The notes beneath the pieces were generated by a model. The model was not told the origin of the DNA. It worked only from the letters and a program-made list of their open reading frames with translations, and did not search any database. A DNA stretch of 64,000 nucleotides. Origin: Bacteroidia bacterium. Lineage in GTDB: Bacteria; Bacteroidota; Bacteroidia; SXHM01. A program made the translations under genes and the position numbers. The DNA lies in the NCBI GenBank assembly GCA_022072225.1, contig JAJVIC010000006.1, forward strand, positions 73,785-137,784, read 5' to 3'. Positions within the stretch are counted from its first letter, which is position 1, and every line of letters starts with the position of its first letter. Below, in pieces: positions 18,415-27,346 of this stretch.

Positions 18415-19494
18415 TTAATAAATTGGGATATACATCTTTGGTAACAAATACACTTCTTTGCTTACATCGTGGTTCTTAATCTTTTTGAATAACATTTCTA
18501 CACCAAAATCTGAAAGTAATTTTGGACTTTGGTCAACTGTATTAATGAAATTTTTATTCTTTTTATCAATTATTGCTTTAGCTTCCTCAATCCCATCGCA
18601 TCCTAGCACAATTATATTACTGAGTAACTTATTATTTATCTCTTTTATTGCAGTTAATGTACCTATTGCCATTTCATCATTAGTGCAAAAAATCAAATCC
18701 CAAATTTTTTCATTGTTCTTTATCTTCGCTTTAAGATTTTCTAAGATTATTCTATGAGATATTTTTCTATTGAATTCACCGCTATCATCTATAGTTAATT
18801 CGCAGTTGGGGAATTTTAACCGGATAAAAGAAGCAAAATTATTTTGCCGTTCACTTTGTAATTTAGAAGCTATAATAAGAATTTTAGGTGCAGTTATTTG
18901 TTTTTTTATTAAGATAGAAATTGCAGTATCGCTAGCAATTTTACCAATCACTGAATTATCAAAACCAATAAATGAACAGTTGTTGTCAAAAGTTTTATAT
19001 AAATCATTCTTGTGACAATCAAGAAATAGTAAAGGTTTTTTGAATTTATTTGAAAAACTCTGAAATCTCTCATAATGTTTATCTGGCTCAGCGTGGATAA
19101 AGATGCCTGCTGAATAACTATTAACATCATTATATAATTTTTCAATATGTTTATTCATATCAATAATGTTAAAATCATCAATCGGGAGTTTAACTATTGG
19201 CTCATAACCTTGAGTCTCTATCGCATGAATAATATCCTTAATTAATTCTGAAAAGAAAGGAGTAGAGGTAAATGCCGATGAAATAATGAATATTCTTTTA
19301 TTGGCAGTTAATCTTTTCTTTATAAGGGTTATCCAGAATGCCCCTATTAATATAAGAATTAATATTGTTATTATTAACACCCAAATAGGTACTTGTCTAC
19401 TAAAAAGATGAAATACCTTAAAATATTCTAACGCAGAAATTATCGCTGCGGCAATCACGCTGCCAATTAAAGCTAAGGCTATTTCTTTTTTCAT
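18415..19494 (-). CDS. Membrane-anchored LacI/sugar-binding (PBP type I) domain protein
   Basis: Two N-terminal TM segments, IGFDNS, IFCTNDEMAIG, LGCDG. Confidence 0.75.
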   Translation of the reverse strand: MKKEIALALIGSVIAAAIISALEYFKVFHLFSRQVPIWVLIITILILILIGAFWITLIKKRLTANKRIFIISSAFTSTPFFSELIKDIIHAIETQGYEPIVKLPIDDFNIIDMNKHIEKLYNDVNSYSAGIFIHAEPDKHYERFQSFSNKFKKPLLFLDCHKNDLYKTFDNNCSFIGFDNSVIGKIASDTAISILIKKQITAPKILIIASKLQSERQNNFASFIRLKFPNCELTIDDSGEFNRKISHRIILENLKAKIKNNEKIWDLIFCTNDEMAIGTLTAIKEINNKLLSNIIVLGCDGIEEAKAIIDKKNKNFINTVDQSPKLLSDFGVEMLFKKIKNHDVSKEVYLLPKMYIPIY

Positions 19495-19500
19495 TCGGTA

Positions 19501-20091
19501 TTAAATTTCAATTTCACTCAATTTTTTTACTGATGAAATTTTTTGAAGAGTAATTAAACTTTTATTATGATCATCATCATTCGCAGCTGCGCAACAATCA
19601 GAAACGACAATTACATTAAAGTCTCTATCATGAGCATCTCTCGCAGCTGATTCAATTGCTAAGTCTGTTGCTACTCCTGAAAGGTAAACTGTGCTTATTC
19701 CTTTTGCCCTTAATATTACTTCTAAGTCGGTTCCATAAAATGCACTTACTCTTCTTTTTACTATCACTTTTTCAGTTGCAAGGGGTTTAATTTGTTCAGC
19801 AAAATTTGTTCCCCAGGTATCAGCTTGAAGTGCTTTAAATTCCTTTGCTTTTCCGAACAATGGTGAGTTTGCAGGATGTTCAATGTAATTTTCAGAAAAG
19901 GAAACTCTCACATGAAAAATTTCAAGGTTTTTATTTCTAAATTTATCCTGAAGTGATTTTACATTTAATAGAATATTGTTTTTTTCTACAAATGTTAAAT
20001 AGCCTTTCCCTGTGAGTTTTCCACCTTGTGAAACCATTTCATTGACGAAGTCAATGCAAATTAGTGCTGAGTTTTGTTTCGTTTGTTCCAT
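19501..20091 (-). CDS. Isochorismatase/nicotinamidase-family cysteine hydrolase
   Basis: ALICIDFVN, KRRVSAF, GVATDLAIESAARDAHDR; the usual catalytic Cys position appears to be Ala. Confidence 0.85.
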   Translation of the reverse strand: MEQTKQNSALICIDFVNEMVSQGGKLTGKGYLTFVEKNNILLNVKSLQDKFRNKNLEIFHVRVSFSENYIEHPANSPLFGKAKEFKALQADTWGTNFAEQIKPLATEKVIVKRRVSAFYGTDLEVILRAKGISTVYLSGVATDLAIESAARDAHDRDFNVIVVSDCCAAANDDDHNKSLITLQKISSVKKLSEIEI

Positions 20092-20097
20092 AATTTA

Positions 20098-20754
20098 TTA
20101 GTTATTTGAATTCATTATTGTGAGAAGGTTTTTTAGTTCATTTACTGATGCTGCAAAATATGTTGGTTTGCAACTTTGAAGATATTCTGATGGGTGGTAG
20201 CCATAGCCCACTGAAATAATATCAATTGGAACATCCCGGCAATACAGGATATCACTTTCTAAGTCTCCAACATAGACCGCATCTTCTTTTTTAATATTTA
20301 AGTCTTTTAAGAGATTAAATATTTTTTCTGTTTTTGATTGTTGTAACTCTCGGCCTGCTATTTTATAAATCGCATTTTCATTAAATGTTGCATCTTTTGT
20401 TAAAATATTTCTAACAGCTTCACTATACGAAGATGTCACTATTGAAACTTTTTTATCGCCAAGTGTGTTGAGCGTCTCAATTATGCCATAAAAGGGTTTA
20501 ATGTTTTCTGAAACTGCCTGCATACGCTCAGAATGATGATTAAAAAAGGCTTTTGTTCCTTCTTGTCCAATCCATTTGTTTAGGCATGTTTTGAGTGCAC
20601 CGGCATAAACAATAGCCATGTCATTTTTTGTTTCAACCTTTGGTAAGAGTGGAAAGAATTCATCCCTGATTTCGTTGAATTTTTCAACTGCTAATTCATA
20701 GCTGTCAGAGATTACTCCGTCAAAGTCAAAAATAAAATGTTTGTAATATTTCAC
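20098..20754 (-). CDS. HAD-family phosphatase
   Basis: FDFDGVISDS, IVTSS, VYVGDLESD. Confidence 0.9.
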   Translation of the reverse strand: MKYYKHFIFDFDGVISDSYELAVEKFNEIRDEFFPLLPKVETKNDMAIVYAGALKTCLNKWIGQEGTKAFFNHHSERMQAVSENIKPFYGIIETLNTLGDKKVSIVTSSYSEAVRNILTKDATFNENAIYKIAGRELQQSKTEKIFNLLKDLNIKKEDAVYVGDLESDILYCRDVPIDIISVGYGYHPSEYLQSCKPTYFAASVNELKNLLTIMNSNN

Positions 20755-20773
20755 TGGTAAATAGTTTTGGTAA

Positions 20774-21700
20774 TTATACTGGCTGATATATTGATATTAC
20801 CTCTTTCAACGTTGGCATAGAGGGGCCTGCACCTTGTCTTGTTACACATATTGAAGCTGCAACATTTGCAAACTCTATCGCATCTGTTAGTGATGCATTT
20901 TTTGAAAGTTTTGCTGCAATTGCACCAACGAAGCAGTCACCAGCTCCGGTAGTATCAATGGCTTTTACTTTTTTCCCTTCTATTTTAACTATAGTATCTT
21001 TTATGAATCCTACAGCACCTCTTTCACCAAGTGTTACAATTATTGATTGCTCGCCACTTTTGATTTTATGTACAGCGTTCGATATCGAAGCTTCGTCATT
21101 AGCATCAACCTTTTTTTCAGAAAGAACTTCGAGTTCGGTTTCATTTAATATTAAAATATCTACTAATTGTAGCAGATCCTTTGAAACTTTTTTTGCCGGT
21201 GCCGGATTTAGAATATTAATTGTTCCTGATTTTTTCCCTTTTTTAAAGAAAGCCTGTATGGTATCGGTTGGAATTTCAAATTGAGAAACTAAAATATCGC
21301 CTTTACTTATTTCAGTTTTTTCAATCTCTTTTTCAGTCAATCGAAAATTTGCTCCAGGCACAACTACGATTGTGTTGTTTGAAGTTTCAGTTGAAACAGT
21401 TATTAAGGCAGTTCCAGTTGGATTTTTTGAAGAGATTCCAATTTGATTTTTCATCCCTTGGTCTTCTAGGAACTTAATTAATTCTTTTCCAAAGCCATCA
21501 GAACCGACCATTCCTACCATAGTGGTTTTACCGCCAAGCTTGGAAGATGAAACAGCCTGGTTTGCACCTTTCCCGCCTGGAAAGTATTTTAAATCAGTTC
21601 CAAAAACTGTTTCTCCTATTTGTGGATGTTTTTTGGTTATAGCTACAATATCCATATTGATGCTACCTGCTACAATTACTTTATTCATGATGATTTCCAT
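20774..21700 (-). CDS. rbsK: Ribokinase
   Basis: GSINMD, GGKGANQA, NPAPA, DTTGAGDCF. Confidence 0.9.
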   Translation of the reverse strand: MEIIMNKVIVAGSINMDIVAITKKHPQIGETVFGTDLKYFPGGKGANQAVSSSKLGGKTTMVGMVGSDGFGKELIKFLEDQGMKNQIGISSKNPTGTALITVSTETSNNTIVVVPGANFRLTEKEIEKTEISKGDILVSQFEIPTDTIQAFFKKGKKSGTINILNPAPAKKVSKDLLQLVDILILNETELEVLSEKKVDANDEASISNAVHKIKSGEQSIIVTLGERGAVGFIKDTIVKIEGKKVKAIDTTGAGDCFVGAIAAKLSKNASLTDAIEFANVAASICVTRQGAGPSMPTLKEVISIYQPV

Positions 21701-22766
21701 TTAAGGTTTTTAAAACATTATTATTTTTATGAATTGTCATTAACTTAGTCTTTTTACCATTATATGGTTCTGCGACAGATTCTCTAGGAACCAGCATTGG
21801 AGTTACGGTTTCCTTTTGTTGAGGAATTTCTATTTTACTTCTTCCAGCCTCAATTCTTTTTAAAAGCATGGCAGAAGCTTTTGCAACTAATATTCTAACG
21901 GGCTGAGCAATTGTTGTCAATGCCGGGTATACCCATTTACTCATTGGAATATCGTCAAACCCAATTACTGAAAGTTGATCTGGTAATTTCCATCCAGCTT
22001 TTTGCAAACGTTGCATTAAGCCAATTGCCATTAAATCATTTGCACATATTATTGCGGTTGGTCTTTCTTCTGGTTTCATCTCAATTAATCTATCAGCGCA
22101 TTCGATTCCAGTGCCAATTTTATAGTCGCCTTCAAAAATAAATTTAGGCTCTATTTTTATTCTGTTTGCCGCCATAGCTTCTTCAAAAGCTTCATGCCTT
22201 TGCTTCGCTGTAAACGTTCCTTTAAGGCCTTTCAAATACGCAATCTTTTGATGTCCTTTTGTAAATAAATAATCGACCGATTGCAATGTTCCTTTTTTAC
22301 TATCTATAGCAACATAATCGAAATTTCTACTTTCTAGTTGCCTATCGAAAGACAATACCGGCAAATTATGGTGGTTGGCAATAAGAGAACTATAAAGCTC
22401 ATCATTTTGATTTCCCGAATTAATATAGATTAAGCCAGAAATGCCGAGCCCTTTATAACGATCAATAATTTGTAGGTCCTTACTTAATTTGCCATCAGAA
22501 TTAGCAATAAGTAAATGCCAACCGTGTCTTTCAAATTCCTTTTCAAATTCAAAAGCGATAGAGGTGAAATACGGGTTATCCGCATCGGGAATAATTAATC
22601 CAATAACTCTTTCTACTGGCAAACTCGTGCCTAAATCTTTAAGTGCTTTGGTTATTTTTTTTCCAATTTCTGGGCGGACTTTAAATTTTTTATCAAAAAA
22701 TCTAGTAACTGAGGATTTGGATACTCCTGCTACTTCCGCTATATCTTTATATTTTGTATTGTTCAT
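21681..22766 (-). CDS. LacI-family transcriptional regulator
   Basis: YKDIAEVAGVSKSSV HTH, CANDLMAIG, SVIGFDD, LTTIAQP. Confidence 0.92.
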   Translation of the reverse strand: MNNTKYKDIAEVAGVSKSSVTRFFDKKFKVRPEIGKKITKALKDLGTSLPVERVIGLIIPDADNPYFTSIAFEFEKEFERHGWHLLIANSDGKLSKDLQIIDRYKGLGISGLIYINSGNQNDELYSSLIANHHNLPVLSFDRQLESRNFDYVAIDSKKGTLQSVDYLFTKGHQKIAYLKGLKGTFTAKQRHEAFEEAMAANRIKIEPKFIFEGDYKIGTGIECADRLIEMKPEERPTAIICANDLMAIGLMQRLQKAGWKLPDQLSVIGFDDIPMSKWVYPALTTIAQPVRILVAKASAMLLKRIEAGRSKIEIPQQKETVTPMLVPRESVAEPYNGKKTKLMTIHKNNNVLKTLNGNHHE

Positions 22767-22778
22767 ATTTATAGGTTT

Positions 22779-23507
22779 TTAGTTATTGGTGCCGGTTCTT
22801 TTTTGTCTGTCAATCAGGAACTGAAAATTGAAAATGTGATGTTTAGGATTTTGATAAAAGAACAAAAGTTCATCCTTAATCTCAGAATCAATAATATCCT
22901 GGCTAACCGCTTCGTTGAGAATTTGAGGGTAGCTAACTAAGGCCTTAATAGGAATATTTAACCTTCGGAACCTTTCTTTCATGTGGTTAAAATTCCAGTT
23001 AACAATGCTTTGAACACCAACAACATTTATCTGTTTTTCTTCACGTAAAGACTTTATTGCTTCTTCCAAGCTTTCTCCGGAAGCAACTAAATCATCAACA
23101 ACCACAGCAGTTACATTCTTTAAGTTACCGGGAGCTCCAACAAAGCGTCCTTCATCAACTCCATGTTCTTTCGCTTTTTTTCTTACAAATGCAGTTGGTA
23201 GCCCCATATCAGAAGCGACAGTGCTGCTCCATTGAATTCCCGCAGCTTCAACTCCTACAATTAGCTCAACTCCGGGAAAGTTATTTTTTATTGAGCTAAC
23301 GAGTGATTGAACTACTACTGCCGTTGAGCCCGGATTCCCCATTAAGTAGCGGCAATTTGTATAAACCGGAGCTTCAATTCCGCTTTTCCATTTAAACCAC
23401 TTTGTTTTATCTAAAAGTGAGTCAGTGTCTTTTATAAGATAACTGCCTGAATTGAGTAGTGCTCTGGCAACTTGTTCTGTTGTTGGCTGGTAAATAAGTT
23501 CTTGCAT
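22779..23507 (-). CDS. Type I phosphoribosyltransferase (orotate PRTase-like)
   Basis: KSGIEAPVY, FVRKKAKEHG, PRPP motif VVDDLVASGES; TACCTTTG -7 box at 23535-23542. Confidence 0.85.
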   Translation of the reverse strand: MQELIYQPTTEQVARALLNSGSYLIKDTDSLLDKTKWFKWKSGIEAPVYTNCRYLMGNPGSTAVVVQSLVSSIKNNFPGVELIVGVEAAGIQWSSTVASDMGLPTAFVRKKAKEHGVDEGRFVGAPGNLKNVTAVVVDDLVASGESLEEAIKSLREEKQINVVGVQSIVNWNFNHMKERFRRLNIPIKALVSYPQILNEAVSQDIIDSEIKDELLFFYQNPKHHIFNFQFLIDRQKRTGTNN

Positions 23508-23545
23508 TTTGATTTGGGTTTTTAAGTTTGGTCCCAAAGGTATGA

Positions 23546-23589
23546 AGTTTATCTGAAAACTGAAATTAATTTCAGTTTTCAGATAAACT
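23546..23589. repeat. Perfect 44-bp palindrome with no loop
   Basis: AGTTTATCTGAAAACTGAAATT|AATTTCAGTTTTCAGATAAACT. Confidence 0.95.
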
Positions 23590-23723
23590 AAAAACATAAT
23601 CGCTTGATTATGACCAAGAAAAAATAATGACCCAACATATAATTAGATCAAAAAGTTCTACGATATATTTTTTGTCACGTAACTTGATTACTGTGACTTT
23701 AAATAATTCTTAAGATATAAGTC

Positions 23724-23885
23724 TTACCCCGCAAGAAATAATAGAAAACCAAAAAAGCCCATTACGACTATAGTAAACAACATATGCAGGCATTTATCAT
23801 TATCACTCAGTTTCAAAAACTCAGGATCATTCGGATTCGTTGGAGCGAAAATTAAATCGTGCAAACTTGCAATCCACGTTTTCAT
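23724..23885 (-). CDS. 53-aa single-TM protein (absent from ORF track)
   Basis: MKTWIASLHDLIFAPTNPNDPEFLKLSDNDKCLHMLFTIVVMGFFGFLLFLAG; ATGA overlap with upstream ORF; homologue at 62611-62769. Confidence 0.8.
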   Translation of the reverse strand: MKTWIASLHDLIFAPTNPNDPEFLKLSDNDKCLHMLFTIVVMGFFGFLLFLAG

Positions 23886-24103
23886 GCTTGCTGTTTTAGT
23901 TGGTATGGTGCAAATGCCCGAATATCCTTAATGTAATTTTCTTCAACCGGGTAATCCACTTCAACTATGAATCCATACAGCATATACAGCTTATATATTG
24001 CCTTGTTGTAGTCCACAATTTCATAAAAATACTTACCTCTCTTCCAAAGCATATCGCCTCGGTCATCAAGGGAAAGCGTATTAAAATCTATAGCTGTTAC
24101 CAT
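23882..24103 (-). CDS. Conserved 73-aa hypothetical protein
   Basis: Homologue at 62774-62998; TATCTTTG -7 box at 24109-24116. Confidence 0.8.
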   Translation of the reverse strand: MVTAIDFNTLSLDDRGDMLWKRGKYFYEIVDYNKAIYKLYMLYGFIVEVDYPVEENYIKDIRAFAPYQLKQQA

Positions 24104-24116
24104 GTTTCCAAAGATA

Positions 24117-24350
24117 TTACTTTAAAGAAGTAAAGAAATCAGGTAATGAAATTTTGTGAGCATCCAACACTTTGAGAAAAGTCTCTATGGTAAAATTCGT
24201 CCCTTTCTCCATACGCCAATACTGTATTCGGGATATTTCATGATCGAATGCAAATTTTTCTAACGATTTATACCCTGAGTCCTTTCGCATTTCACGTAGT
24301 TTTTTAGCAATTTGAGTAATCCGCTTGTCTAATTTCTTTGTTTCTTTCAT
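24117..24350 (-). CDS. XRE-family HTH regulator, divergent from recombinase B
   Basis: LREMRKDSGYKSLEKFAFDHEISRIQYWRMEKG; TATGTTTG -7 box at 24355-24362. Confidence 0.85.
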   Translation of the reverse strand: MKETKKLDKRITQIAKKLREMRKDSGYKSLEKFAFDHEISRIQYWRMEKGTNFTIETFLKVLDAHKISLPDFFTSLK

Positions 24351-24459
24351 GGTGCAAACATAAAAAATAGTTATCAACAACGATACATCATATAAGATAC
24401 TTTTTTATCTTTACTTTCATAATCAAAGACATAATTTTTTAAACTTTAAAATCAGACTC

Positions 24460-25986
24460 ATGAGTAAAGATGTCGGACTATGGATTAGAGTATCTACTGA
24501 AGATCAGGCACAAAGTGACAGCCCTGAACACCACGAGAAACGTGCCCGTATGTATGCGGAAATAAAAAACTGGAATGTGCGAGAAGTATATTATTTGCTC
24601 GGGGTCAGTGGTAAGTCTGTCATGGAACATCCTGAAACAAAAAGGATGCTTGCAGATATTCAGGCAAGGAAAATCACTGGTTTGGTATTTTCAAAGCTTG
24701 CCAGGCTTTCCCGTAACCTGAAAGAACTGACTGAATTTTCTCAAATCTTCGGAAGTAATCATGCTGACCTTATCAGCTTGGATGAAAGCATCGACACGTC
24801 AACCCCTGCCGGTCGGATGTTCTATAATATTATGGGGTCGCTCAGCCAATGGGAACGGGAAGAAATCGCAAACAGAGTTGCAAAGTCCATTCCTGTTCGG
24901 GCTAAGCTCGGAAAGTCGCTTGGTGGTGAAGCACCCTTTGGCTACAAATGGATAGATAAAAAGCTTGAACTGGATGAAAAAGAAGCCCCGATTCGGAAAC
25001 TTCTCCATGAACTTTTTGCCGAACACAAGCGGAAACGTACAGTTGCCAATATGCTCAATGAAAAAGGGTATCGCACTAGGAATGGCAGCAAGTTTTCAGA
25101 TACCACCATAGACCGCCTATTAAAGGATCCTGCTGCAAAAGGTCTGAGGCGTGTAAACTATACTAAGAGTTCCGGTCTCAACAAAAAGTGGGAACTGAAG
25201 CCAAAAGAAGATTGGGTATTTCAAGAAGTGCCTCGCATCGTATCGGATGAACTTTGGGAAAAATGCAATCAAATTCTCGATGCAATTTCATCGAGCAAAA
25301 CTAAGGTCAGAAAAAGAACAATTCATCTTTTTAGCAGCGTTTTGCAATGCGATTGTGGCGAAAAAATGTACATGAGAAGCAAATCGCCAAAATATGTTTG
25401 CCGGAAATGCAAAAACAAAATTGGTCCGCAGGATTTGGAAGAAATTTATCACAGTCAGTTGAAACAACTTCTCTTTTCCGAAACTGAACTGGAAAAGCAT
25501 TTGCAAACGGAACAATCTCAAATCGGTGACAAAAAACAACTGATTGAAATATTAGTTGCAGATATTCAGAAACTGCATACCAAAATAAAAGACACTTTTG
25601 AGTTATACCATGAAGGTAAAATTCAAAAGGATGCGTTTGAAAGCTATCATAAGCCGTTATATGATGAATTGAAACAAAAAGAAATGACACTGAACGAAAC
25701 CCAAGCTTACATTGACAGTATACAGGTTCAATCACTTTCAAACGAACAAGTCCTTCACGATGCTCGTGATTTATATGCTCATTGGATTCAATTCTCCAAT
25801 GAAGAAAAGAAAACCATAATAGAAGCTATTACAGAGAATATCATTATTAGTGAAAGGGATATTACCATAAACCTTTCCTACATTCCTACGCTGACTCATG
25901 ATGCTGGGGCGACTATGAATCCAAATACTGCAATTGTATTACCCATATTGGTGCAATTAAGCAATGAACGTACATGGTTGCGTTGA
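24460..25986 (+). CDS. Large serine recombinase B
   Basis: WIRVSTEDQ, FSKLARLSRN, DTSTPAGR, Zn ribbon CDCG...CRKC. Confidence 0.93.
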   Translation: MSKDVGLWIRVSTEDQAQSDSPEHHEKRARMYAEIKNWNVREVYYLLGVSGKSVMEHPETKRMLADIQARKITGLVFSKLARLSRNLKELTEFSQIFGSNHADLISLDESIDTSTPAGRMFYNIMGSLSQWEREEIANRVAKSIPVRAKLGKSLGGEAPFGYKWIDKKLELDEKEAPIRKLLHELFAEHKRKRTVANMLNEKGYRTRNGSKFSDTTIDRLLKDPAAKGLRRVNYTKSSGLNKKWELKPKEDWVFQEVPRIVSDELWEKCNQILDAISSSKTKVRKRTIHLFSSVLQCDCGEKMYMRSKSPKYVCRKCKNKIGPQDLEEIYHSQLKQLLFSETELEKHLQTEQSQIGDKKQLIEILVADIQKLHTKIKDTFELYHEGKIQKDAFESYHKPLYDELKQKEMTLNETQAYIDSIQVQSLSNEQVLHDARDLYAHWIQFSNEEKKTIIEAITENIIISERDITINLSYIPTLTHDAGATMNPNTAIVLPILVQLSNERTWLR

Positions 25987-26426
25987 GAACCTGTAGTTTT
26001 GTCCTGAAGGTTCAAAAGCCAAAACATGAGGCATATCCGAAGGAATTAGAAACGATTGGAGACCATATCCGGGCAAAGCGAATGGATTTAGGGTTACTGC
26101 AAAAAGATGTGGCTAATATATTCAATGTTTGCGAAGCTACACTTACAGGGTGGGAATTGAATCGCTTTACCCCGACTCACAAATACTTTAAAAGCATAGT
26201 CACTTTTTTAGGGTATGTTCCCAAAGAATGGAGAGAAGGGTCACTCGGCACACGATTAAAGTATGCTCGTCTCTTATCTGGACTTACACAAGAACAATTG
26301 GCAAAAAGGGTTGGATGTGACGAATCAAACCTCCGGGTTATAGAACTAAACAAACGAACTCCCAGGAATGAAACCTTAATAAAAGTTACAGGGTTTATTC
26401 AGGATTCTTTTTTACTTAAAAAGTAA
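25974..26426 (+). CDS. Tandem XRE-HTH protein
   Basis: IGDHIRAKRMDLGLLQKDVA and LKYARLLSGLTQEQLAKRVG; overlaps recombinase stop. Confidence 0.8.
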   Translation: MVALRTCSFVLKVQKPKHEAYPKELETIGDHIRAKRMDLGLLQKDVANIFNVCEATLTGWELNRFTPTHKYFKSIVTFLGYVPKEWREGSLGTRLKYARLLSGLTQEQLAKRVGCDESNLRVIELNKRTPRNETLIKVTGFIQDSFLLKK

Positions 26427-26430
26427 GACA

Positions 26431-26775
26431 CTATACCGTCTTTGAATCAATTACAGAAAACTTTATTATAGTAGCTGTATCTCCGGTATTATTCCAAATA
26501 TATGAATCAAGTCCCCAATAGAAATTGTGAGTCAAAGTGCCTGCTTGGTTCTTGGTAGCCTCATACTTTCCTTTTGAAGTATGCACTCTAATAAAATCAC
26601 CTTTATTTATTTTCATTTTAGGGAAATGAAAGAAGTGATGTTTCTTTTTAGAGGGTGTGCCGCTATTATCGAAAATACGATCAATTAAGGCATAATCTCC
26701 AATGTTTACGTCCTCTATTACATTGATAACTACATATTCATTTTCTTTATCAAGCCTGTTAATTTTTAAGCTCAT
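26431..26775 (-). CDS. Lamin-tail-domain-like small protein
   Basis: ENEYVVI...FYWGLDSYIWNNTGDTATI; TACCTTTG -7 box at 26794-26801. Confidence 0.65.
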   Translation of the reverse strand: MSLKINRLDKENEYVVINVIEDVNIGDYALIDRIFDNSGTPSKKKHHFFHFPKMKINKGDFIRVHTSKGKYEATKNQAGTLTHNFYWGLDSYIWNNTGDTATIIKFSVIDSKTV

Positions 26776-26868
26776 GTCTGGTTTTGTTTAAATCAAAGGT
26801 AATAAAGCTACTTAAAATCGCACATGGCTCCTGAATTTATTTTTCACTAAACCGCTAATTTGTAGGTA

Positions 26869-27270
26869 GGCGAAATATTTGTCCGTGAGAGTTCTTAATC
26901 GAAGTGGCAAGTGCGATTGCTAAGAACTCTTTTTTGACAAATATTTCGTCCTGTGTGTCGGCTGATTATTTGGAAACGAGAATACTTTTTTTAACGGATA
27001 CATCGCCTGCTGCCTTTTTCAGGCAGAGGCAAGCCACTGATTTGTGCGTAGGTGTCTTGCCATAGCTTTTTCTAAAACAATGCTGAACTTTCAGCCAGCG
27101 TTTTTTAGAAAAAGCGGCAGGCATCAAATAACTCTAAAGTGGTTTGAAAATGAATTTAACAGAAATTCACTTTTCAAATCTCTTTTAGCTCTATATCAGC
27201 CGTAAATCGCTTTTCAAAAAGTCAGTCTTCGGATACGAAGGCGCTTTTTGAAATGGGATTGAAGGCGATT
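26869..27270 (+). ncRNA. Candidate structured ncRNA or ssDNA-folding element
   Basis: At least seven stems, including long-range CGGCTGAT/ATCAGCCG; G-U pairs favour the + strand; no ORF of 60 aa or more. Confidence 0.5.
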
Positions 27271-27346
27271 CTATAGATTTCTAATTCATATTTCTTATTA
27301 AAATTTAATACCAGAAAATCATCTTACTCCTGAACATATTTATATC

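Larger units (their letters stand above)
1..25975. mobile_element. Integrative element copy 1 (left part outside window; right end inferred at 3' end of second serine recombinase)
   Basis: Two serine recombinases, Rep, VirD4-like ATPase, RadC and MTases; gene order repeats about 41-43 kb downstream. The boundary is an inference. Confidence 0.65.

Noticed and set aside
22779..23507. Housekeeping pyrE
   Set aside because: It lies in variable cargo with no pyrimidine biosynthesis neighbours; left as an OPRT-like PRTase.
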